From contig OZ024764.1 in assembly GCA_964016885.1 (NCBI GenBank), positions 7,564,001 through 7,628,000 on the forward strand: a DNA stretch of 64,000 bases. Reading direction: 5' to 3'. This DNA comes from Eledone cirrhosa (taxonomy: Eukaryota). The notes under the pieces were generated by a model, which was given only the letters and a program-made list of their open reading frames with translations, was not told where the DNA came from and did not search any database. Shown here in pieces: positions 52,059-64,000 of this stretch. Both the position numbers and the translations under genes were made by a program. Position 1 is the first letter of the stretch. Each line of letters starts with the position of its first letter.

Positions 52059-53545
52059 TTAACCCTTTAGTATTTACATTACTCTATATATACTATTGTA
52101 TTTTCACAGTAAAGGCTTTACCTTACATAATATCTCACATAACATTTACATTACTCTATATATACTATTGTATTTACACAGTAAAGGCTTTACCTCACAT
52201 AATATCTCACATAACATTTACATTATTCTATATATACTATTGTATTGTCACAGTAAAGGCTTTACCTCACATAATACCTCACATAACATTTACATTACTC
52301 TATATATACTATTGTATTTTCACAGTAAAGGCTTTACCTCACATAATATCTCACATAACATTTACATTACTCTATATATACTATTGTATTTACACAGTAA
52401 AGGCTTTACCTCACATAATATCTCACATAACATTTACATTACTCTATATATACTATTGTATTTTCACAGTAAAGGCTTTACCTCACATAATACCTCACAT
52501 AACATTTACATTACTCTATATATACTATTGTATTGTCACAGTAAAGGCTTTACCTCACATAATATCTCACATAACATTTACATTACTCTATATATACTAT
52601 TGTATTTTCACAGTAAAGGCTTTACCTCACATAATACCTCACATAACATTTACATTACTCTATATATACTATTGTATTTTCACAGTAAAGGCTTTACCTC
52701 ACATAATACCTCACATAACATTTACATTACTCTATATATACTATTGTATTGTCACAGTAAAGACTTTACCTCACATAATACCTCACATAACATTTACATT
52801 ACTCTATATATACTATTGTATTGTCACAGTAAAGGCTTTACCTCACATAATATCTCACATAACATTTACATTACTCTATATATACTATTGTATTGTCACA
52901 GTAAAAGCTTTACCTCACATAATATCTCACATAACATCTACATTACTCTATATATACTATTGTATTTTCACAGTAAAGGCTTTACCTCACATAATATCTC
53001 ACATAACATTTACATTACTCTATATATACTATTGTATTTTCACAGTAAAGGCTTTACCTCACATAATATCTCACATAACATTTACATTACTCTATATATA
53101 CTATTGTATTGTCACAGTAAAGGCTTTACCTCACATAATATCTCACATAACATCTACATTACTCTATATATACTATTGTATTTTCACAGTAAAGGCTTTA
53201 CCTCACATAATATCTCACATAGCATTTACATTACTCTATATATACTATTGTATTTTCACAGTAAAGGCTTTACCTCACATAATATCTCACATAACATCTA
53301 CATTACTCTATATATACTATTGTATTTTCACAGTAAAGGCTTTACCTCACATAATATCTCACATAACATTTACATTACTCTATATATACTATTGTATTTT
53401 CACAGTAAAGGCTTTACCTCACATAATATCTCACATAACATTTACATTACTCTATATATACTATTGTATTTTCACAGTAAAGGCTTTACCTCACATAATA
53501 TCTCATATAATATCGATCTATGAGATTTAGATATTATTTATTTTT
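52059..53545 (-). repeat. second 72 bp tandem array (~20 copies), opposite orientation
   Basis: begins at the MITE terminus TTAACCCTTTAG and ends in MITE interior sequence. Confidence 0.95.
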
Positions 53546-53621
53546 AGATAGAACGAAGAAAATAAAGACAAAAAGAAAGAAAGAGGGGAAAAGGAAGGAA
53601 AGAGAGGAAGAAGGAACTCAC

Positions 53622-53773
53622 CCAAATCCTTTGGTCCATTTACCATAAAAGCCTGCCACATCATGGTACTGGTCTCGCCTATTCCGTTAATAGATTTTAT
53701 GTAGTCCCCTTCCCTGGACAGTCCTGGGCCATAGTACATAGGAATACGGCTGGGTCTATGTAGTGTATCGAAA
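53622..53773 (-). CDS. exon of putative DUF4430-like gene (FDTLHRPSRIPMYYG...GDYIKSINGIGETSTMMWQAFMVNGPKDL)
   Basis: ttttccacag acceptor, G|GTGAGT donor, phase 2->1; GxYIxSINGI...WQxxxVNG signature. Confidence 0.75.
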
Positions 53774-53955
53774 CTGTGGAAAATGGAAATTAAACGATGA
53801 AGATGATGTTACGATAAAATGCACCAAGTACACTCTGTAAAGTGGTTGGAGTTAAGAGGAGCATTTAGCCATTATTTCGACATCATATGTATGTGTACAC
53901 ACACATATATATATAAATATATATATGTGTGTGTGTATGTGTGTATATATATATA

Positions 53956-54296
53956 TGGAGGCATATGGCTTAGTGGTTAGAGCATTGGCCTTGCAATCGA
54001 TAGGTTGTGAGTTCAATTCTCAGTCTGGGTGATGTGTTGTTTCCTTGAGCAAGACACTTTATTTCACATTGCTCCAGTTTACTCAGCTGTAGAAATGAGA
54101 TGATAGGGACTGGGGTCCATATCATTCCACTGCAAAGTGGTCGTGGAGGTGCCACGGCAAAAAAGCACCCAGCACTCACTGTAAATGAGGTTGGTGTTAG
54201 GAAGGGCATCCAGCTGTAGAAATCAAGCCAGAATCAGTTCCCGTCCCACCCTTGCAAACAGGGAAAAGTGGACGTAAAATGAAATGATGATGATGA

Positions 54297-54300
<4 letters not shown>
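53956..54300 (+). mobile_element. SINE family A, full length
   Basis: matches the consensus; a short LINE 3' end copy follows at 54384-54500. Confidence 0.88.
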
Positions 54301-54364
<64 letters not shown>

Positions 54365-54441
54365 ATATATACAAACACACACAGATGCTGTGCTGAATAG
54401 GACCCGTCCCACCCTTGCAAGCAGGGAAAAGCGGATTTAAA

Positions 54442-54500
<59 letters not shown>

Positions 54501-55035
54501 AGGGTCAGGTCACTCTCGAGGGCTACTGGCAACATGTAACCCAGTACAACCTGTCTCATGGTCGGGTCATCGCCGACTAAACCGACATCCCCCACCAAGC
54601 TAGCTTGGTGAGGAGGGTGATATTTGGACACCCTGCGGGATGAAATACAAGACCAAGCAAAGGGTGGAGGAACTCAGCAGAGTCAACGGTCATCCAAATA
54701 GTACTTTTTTTTCACCTGGGAGTGAAAGGCCCCTCAGTTGTTGTCACAACACCTTTCTAGGAGAGGGGAAACTCTGAAAAAAAACGTGCGGCTTCGGAAA
54801 CATCCGATGATGTTGACCAGTTCTCCTTTACAGGTAGTGTTTTCGATGCTCAGAGAGTGGGATGGGTCGAGTTCAAGGCCTTTCCCCACTTAAAAAACCT
54901 TCAAAGAACAGGCATTGATTGTTCAGGATCTGTTACAGGTTCGTGTGGCTGGCCATAGCCTAAAAGTTCACCAAACTCTGTAATCTGACCAGTGATTGCA
55001 ATACTCTTAGCAGAGGTAGCAGCCTTCATATATAC

Positions 55036-55130
<95 letters not shown>

Positions 55131-55215
55131 AAAGTTTTATTTAAGATTGTTGGGTTACAACGAGTAAATATTTTATAACTGATATAAAAGCACTCAACAG
55201 TTTCTGGAGTAGGTT

Positions 55216-55520
55216 TACGATATTAAACAAATGGAAACTATATTTATATTTATAAAACCATATTTATTTCGTTATATATATTTCTGGGATATCATATTAA
55301 AAATATGTTATGCCTTCCTCAGACAAAATACAATACATAAGCTGTTTTATAAATAATTAGTGACAAGGTATGTCACTAATTATTTATAAAACAGCTTATA
55401 TATTGTATTTTGTCTGAGGAAGGCATAACATATTTTTAATATGATATCCCAGAAATATATATAACGAAATAAATATGGTTTTATAAATATAAATATAGTT
55501 TCCATTTGTTTAATATCGTA
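55216..55520. repeat. near-perfect inverted repeat, 150 bp arms, 5 nt loop
   Basis: arms 55216-55365 and 55371-55520; one mismatch seen. Confidence 0.95.
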
Positions 55521-56241
55521 TATATATATATATATATAAGAGGTGAGTTTTATTGTAATACAATAAAGCAATGCAGATATCGGATAAGAAGCACTCTACA
55601 GTTTGTAGGACTGGAGTATATATAATATATAAGAACAAAAGATGGTTAAAAGAGTTCCATGTATTTTATTATGCGCATTTCAAAAACAAATATCATCATG
55701 CAATAATATTTGTGTTTTCATCAGATAATAAAATACATGGAACTCTTTTAACCATCTTTTGTTCTTATATATTATATATATATATATATATATAATTGGA
55801 TATTTAGTAAAATCGAATCTCTGGCGGTTTGCAAGCAAATTCGGCCTACTTATGAGGTGATGAGTGAGCAAAGCACTCGATAAGTTAGGTCCTTAGAGTA
55901 ATAACATACGTTTAAATAGCTTGACAAATCTAACATTGTGGTAGGCAAAATCTAACCCACAATAACATACCAAAGTAACGATAGAACTAACAGGTTGAGA
56001 AAAATACATAGATATATAAAGGAACGATCGACTTTTGTCAAATCGGACCGAGGGAACAATGTTTCCGTTGGTCTTTCCAATTGCTAATACTATCTATCGG
56101 TCGCAACTCCAGGTAGAAGGAGCAACGTGAAATAAAGTGTTTTGCTCAAGGACATAACGCATCGCCTGGTCCAAGAATCGAACTCACAACCCTACGATTG
56201 CGAATCCAATTCTCTAACCACTCAGCCACACGCCTTCACTG

Positions 56242-57090
<849 letters not shown>

Positions 57091-57516
57091 CTAATACACA
57101 GCTAGGAAAGATTCCCTTCCTTGAGCTATTTAATTGTAAAAGACTATTTTGAGTTTCTAACTCAATCTATGATATATATATATATGTATATATTTAATAC
57201 ATTAACAGAGAAAGCTTTAAGCTATACTCTGACTGGCTTCCATCTCACTCAACAAACATTAGGATATACCTTAGTATAATCCCAATTTTACGTTTGGGGT
57301 GCTAACTATATGTATTTTGCGGAAGGCCAGTTGTATTATTTTATATGAGACATAATTAAAATATATGTATCTGTGTCCAGACTGTCCACACTGTAAATGT
57401 GGTTGGTGGTAGGAAGGGCATCCAGCCGTAGAAAGCCTGCCAGAGACACTTCCATACGAGCGAGACACGGTCTCCCAACCAATCCCGCATCAAATGGAAC
57501 AAAACCATCTAACTCA

Positions 57517-59435
57517 GTGGTCGTGGAGGTGCCATGGCAAAAAAGCACCCAGCCCTCACTGTAAAGTGGACGTGCCACGGCAAAAAAGCACCCAGCTCAC
57601 ACTGTAAAGTGGTCGTGGAGGTGACACGGCAAAAGAGCACCCAGCTCACACTGCAAAATGGTCGTGGAGGTGCCACGGCAAAACAGCACCCAGCTCACAC
57701 TGTAAAGTGGTCGTGTAGGTGCCACGGCAAAAAAGCACCCAGCCCACACTGCAAAATGGTCGTGGAGGTGCCACGGCAAAACAGCACCCAGCTCACACTG
57801 TAAAGTGGACGTGGAGGTGCCACGGCAAAAAAGCACCCAGCCCACACTGTAAAGTGGTCGTGTAGGTGCCACGGCAAAAAAGCACCCAGCCCACACTGTA
57901 AAGTGGTCATGGAGTGGCCACGGCAAAAGAGCACCCAGCCCACACTGTAAAGTGGTCGTGTAGGTGCCACGGCAAAAAAGCACCCAGCCCACACTGTAAA
58001 GTGGATGTGGAGGTGCCACGGCAAGAAAGCACCCAGCTCACACTGTAAAGTGGTCGAGTAGGTGCCACAGAAAAAAAGCACCCAGCCCACACTGTAAAGT
58101 GGTCGAGTAGGTGCCACAGCAAGAAAGCACCCAGCCCTCACTGTAAAGTGGACGTGGAGGTGCCACGGCAAAAAAGCACCCAGCTCACACTGTAAAGTGG
58201 TCGAGTAGGTGCCACAGCAAAAAAGCACCCAGCCCATACTGTAAAGTGGACGTGGAGGTGCCACGGCAAAAAAGCACCCAGCTCACACTGTAAAGTGGAC
58301 GTGGAGGTGCCACGGCAAAAAAGCACTCAGCTCACACTGTAAAGTGGTCGAGTAGGTGCCACAGCAAAAAAGCACCCAGCCCACACTGTAAAGTGGACGT
58401 GGAGGTGCCACGGCAAAAAAGCACCCAGCTCACACTGTAAAGTGGACGTGGAGGTGCCACGGCAAAAAAGCACTCAGCTCACACTGCAAAGTGGTCGTGG
58501 AGGTGCCACGGCAAAAAAGCACCCAGCTCTCACTGTAAAGTGGACGTGGAGGTGCCACGGCAAAAAAGCACCCAGCCCACACTGTAAAGTGGACGTGGAG
58601 GTGCCATGGCAAAAAAGCACCCAGCTCACACTGCAAAGTGGACATGGAGTTGCCACGGCAAAAAAGCACCCAGCTCACACTGTAAAGTGGACGTGGAGGT
58701 GCCACGGCAAAAAAGCACTCAGCTCACACTGCAAAGTGGTCGTGGAGGTGCCACGGCAAAAAAGCACCCAGCTCTCACTGTAAAGTGGACGTGGAGGTGC
58801 CACGGCAAAAAAGCACCCAGCCCACACTGTAAAGTGGACGTGGAGGTGCCATGGCAAAAAAGCACCCAGCTCACACTGCAAAGTGGACATGGAGTTGCCA
58901 CGGCAAAAAAGCACCCAGCCCTCACTGTAAAGTGGACGTGGAGGTGCCACGGCAAAAAAGCACCCAGCCCACACTGTAAAGTGTTCGTGGAGGTGCCACG
59001 GCAAAAAAGCACTCAGCTCACACTGTAAAGTGTTCGTGGAGGTGCCACGGCAAAAAAGCACCCAGCTCACACTGCAAAGTGGTCGTGGAGGTGCCACGGC
59101 AAAAAAGCACCCAGCCCTCACTGTAAAGTGGACGTGGAGGTGCCATGGCAAAAAAACACCCAGCCCACACTGCAAAGTGGACGTGGAGGTGCCACGGCAA
59201 AAGAGCACCCAGCCCACACTGTAAAGTGGACGTGGAGGTGCCACGGCAAAAAAGCACCCAGCCCACACTGTAAAGTGGACGTGGAGGTGCCACGGCAAAA
59301 AAGCACCCAGCACTCACTGTAAATGAGGTTGGTATTAGGAAGGGCATCCAGCTGTAGAAATCAAGCCAGAATCAGTCCCCGTCCCACCCTTGCAAGCAGG
59401 GAAAAGCAGACGTAAAATGATGATGATGATGGTGA
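57517..59435 (+). repeat. 49 bp tandem array (~36 copies) expanded inside a SINE A, ending in the intact SINE tail
   Basis: AAAGTGG(T/A)CGTGGAGGTGCCACGGCAAAAAAGCACCCAGC(C/T)CACACTGT. Confidence 0.95.
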
Positions 59436-60042
59436 TGATATACATAACAGACATCTATATATCTCGGACTAAACAGCAACAACAAGAAAGAAAACAGGAA
59501 GAAGTACATATTAGATAATTGTTTCTACTTTAGGCACAAGGGGCCAGCAATTACCCCAGTGTATTACTGGTACTTTATTTTATCGACCCCCGTAAGGATG
59601 AAAGGCAAAGTTAACCTCGGTGGGATTTGAACTCAGAATGGCAAGGGCCGTAGCTCTATGCGTCAAAGCATGGCGTCCGACCCTCCACTGATATTGCCAA
59701 TACTAGAAATAATCAGCTGTGTTCAGACCTTGGAGAGGTTTGGGCTCCGTCAGGTTTAAATGTGCCCTAGACACACTGTGTGACGGTACCTCTACGATTA
59801 CACAAGGAGTTATGGGATCTTTATCATTATATCCTTATAATTTAAATAATTGTTTCTACTTTTTGGCACAAGGGGCCAGCAATTACCCCAGTGCATTACT
59901 GCTACTTTATTTTATCGACCCCCGTAAGGATGAAAGGCAAAGTTAACCTCGGCGGGATTTTGAACTCAGAATGGCAAAGGCCGTAACTCTATGTACACAT
60001 TAGATAATGTAGTCCAAGATAGACAACACTCACAACACTCAC

Positions 60043-60202
60043 CTGAAGCATCTGTTCTGGTAAGCTGCCAATACTAAGAAGTTCTTCAAACTCTGAGTTG
60101 GTGACGTCACCGAAGTCCAGCAGTGGGTCTTGCCATTAATTTGGAGGTTAAAGGTTATGTTGACATGTGGGCAGCCATTGACATTGAATGAATTCTGAAC
60201 AA
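60043..60202 (-). CDS. exon of putative DUF4430-like gene (VQNSFNVNGCPHVNITFNLQING...AAYQNRCF)
   Basis: pyrimidine tract then aag acceptor (alternative cag 8 nt further), AG|GTGAGT donor; only one frame is open. Confidence 0.7.
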
Positions 60203-60339
60203 CTTTGACGGAGAGAAAGAAGGTTAACGAGCGAATAATGAACAGTTAATTAATGAGGTTATATATTAATTAAGTTAATTAATTAAGTTACAAAAGCTAA
60301 TTCGTTTAAGAAATGGTCACACCTAACATACACAGACAC

Positions 60340-61975
<1,636 letters not shown>

Positions 61976-61983
61976 ATACATAC

Positions 61984-62109
61984 CGGCCTGAGGTGTTTGC
62001 TGTCCACCATTGAACAATGGAACTTGGCCATATTTATTGTGGAATATTTCAGGTGACATTCCATAGTTGTTTGGCATCTGGTACATATGGCCTTGTATTC
62101 CTGGTTGGT
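61984..62109 (-). CDS. exon of putative transcobalamin beta-domain (DUF4430-like) gene; Q/G/P/M/Y-rich segment
   Basis: cag acceptor, G|GTATGT donor, 126 nt; phase-1 reading [20 protein letters not shown]...QTPQA (phase 0 is also open). Confidence 0.65.
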
Positions 62110-62124
62110 CTGGAAAACAGAGAG

Positions 62125-62219
<95 letters not shown>

Positions 62220-62347
62220 CATATATATATATTGTTATACTTTGGGAGGGTCATGTTGCCAATAAGAAACACACGTTTTCAGATAAAGAATCTTGCTAAA
62301 CAAATTCAGAAACGAAATATATATATATACTTATGTGTATATATATA

Positions 62348-63259
62348 TGAGGTGTGTCAGAAAAGTTCCAGGACTGATGTCACAAAAGATTTATTTCGAA
62401 CCCAAACTTCACACTAAGAGTTTTCTCCTTCAAAGTAATCCCCCTGGAGTATGTAACTGTAATCTTTGCTCTCTGCAGCGATCAAACTTTTTTCTTCATA
62501 ATTTTATATACATGTCCTCTGTTTCAGGTTGTTAAGCAATGAGCACAGAGCAACGAACAAACTTTAAGTTTCTGGTACGGTTGAGGAAAACTCTGTCAGA
62601 AGCACTGGGATTGCTGCAGCAAGTGTATGGAGATGAGACGATGTCACGCTCATGTGTTTTTGAGTGATGCAAGAGGTTTAAAGAAGGACGCGAGGACGTG
62701 CAAGATGACCCCAGGAGCGGAAGGCCCTCAACAACCAGGACTGAGGTCAACGTTGAGCGCGTCAGGCAGATGGTGCGTAGCGATCGTCGGCTGACTGTTC
62801 GACTGATGGCAAATGAGCTGGGCATGAATCGGGACAGCGTCTGGAAGATTCTCATATTTGGACATGCGGAAAGTCTACGCGAAGATGGTGCCAAAACTGC
62901 TGAACGATGACCAGAAGGGTCGACGCATGCAAGTGTGCCAGGACATCCTCGAGCGTCTTGAAACCGAACCAGACTTGCTAGGGACAGTCATCACCGGTGA
63001 TGAGTCATGGATCTTCGAGTACGAACCGGAGGGGACCCGTTTTGAAGACGTGGACGACATCAAAAAGGCCATGACGACGGAACTGCAGAGGATCCCGGAA
63101 GAATCCTTCCAGCAGTGCATGCAAGCGTGGCAGAAATGGATGGAAAAGTGCATTAGGCTCCAGGGGGATTACTTTGAAGGAGAAAACTCTTAGTGTGAAG
63201 TTTGGGTTTGAAATAAATCTTTTGTGACATCAGTCCTGGAACTTTTCTGACCCTCCTCG
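62348..63259 (+). mobile_element. Tc1/mariner element, internally deleted and frameshifted, ~100 bp TIRs
   Basis: EQRTNFKF..., RSGRPST, MVPKLL, ITGDESWIFEYEPE, GDYFEG; TA flanks; TIRs 62348-62449 and ~63158-63259. Confidence 0.92.
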
Positions 63260-63659
63260 TATATATATATATATACATATATATATATTGTTATAAATAG
63301 GGAGCAAAAGACGATTATTAGGAAGAAAAATATTTTTTTTTCCTTTTATTTTTTTCTCTTTTTTCTGGGTTAGAAAATTTTAAAACAAAATATTTTACTT
63401 TGTGTGAAGTGTTAAGGTATTAGTTAATTTATTTATTAATTAACAATGCCATTTATTTATTTATTTCTCCACATTTTAAAAATTATTATATATATATATA
63501 TATAATATAAATATATATATTATATATATTATATATATATATATAATATATATTATATATATATATATAATATATATTATATATATATATATAATATATA
63601 TTATATATATATATAGATATACATACATATATATAATATATATATATATAGATATACAT

Positions 63660-63736
<77 letters not shown>

Positions 63737-63904
63737 GTGTGGCTGAGTGGTTAGAGAATTGGATTCGCAATTGTGAGTTTGATTCCCAGACTGGGCGATA
63801 CGTTAGGTCCTGTCCTTGAGCAAGACACTTTATTTCACGTTGCTCCTTCTACCTGGAGTTGTGACCGATAGATAGTACTGATCGATTGGTTATTGATTAG
63901 GCGA

Positions 63905-64000
63905 AACCCGCTGATGAAGCCATATGCGCTGATTATGCATTGTTGCATAATATATGCAGACAGAGGGTGCAGTGCACTCTACTGTTGCATTGAGTGTGGC
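63905..64000 (+). ncRNA. candidate hammerhead ribozyme cut off by the window end
   Basis: CTGATGAA then GCCATAT ... GTGTGGC pairing as stem II; the GAAA core would lie just beyond 64000. Confidence 0.4.

Noticed and set aside
60043-60135. Alternative frame WQDPLLDFGDVTNSEFEELL with stops recoded by RNA editing
   Set aside because: Needs two TAA read-throughs; another frame is open and joins the next exon in phase
61984-62109. Reflectin-like protein (M/Y/P/N-rich)
   Set aside because: No reflectin MDMxxxxMD repeat; only the composition is similar

Overview
Eukaryotic, very repeat-rich genomic DNA. It is most likely from an octopod cephalopod, inferred from the SINE types, RTE LINEs and dense (TA)n/(GA)n/(GT)n microsatellites. 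Nearly all ORFs in the supplied track are translations of repeats. Two spliced genes could be rebuilt by hand, both on the minus strand. (1) A complete 11-exon TTC5 (tubulin-autoregulation TPR/OB protein), CDS 47077->9318, 1329 nt, 442 aa, all introns GT-AG with consistent phases. (2) The last four exons (62109->50311) of a gene whose product resembles a transcobalamin beta-domain (DUF4430-like) protein; its 5' end was not found. TTC5 intron 1 holds an intact antisense RTE-clade LINE (1022 aa; APE, RT, PHD-like finger), and its 5' UTR segment and 3' tail are shared by the dominant SINE family in the window. The most striking pattern is that at least seven tandem arrays appear to have expanded in place from pieces of different transposons (RTE ORF, two SINE families, a piggyBac-type MITE), often with the unamplified parent still at the array edges. 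Also present: Helitrons, a deleted mariner with ~100 bp TIRs, CR1 and Tx1 3' fragments, many foldback hairpins, candidate hammerhead ribozymes, and a TE-disrupted Ser/Thr-rich reading frame. All calls are by eye; no database search was run.
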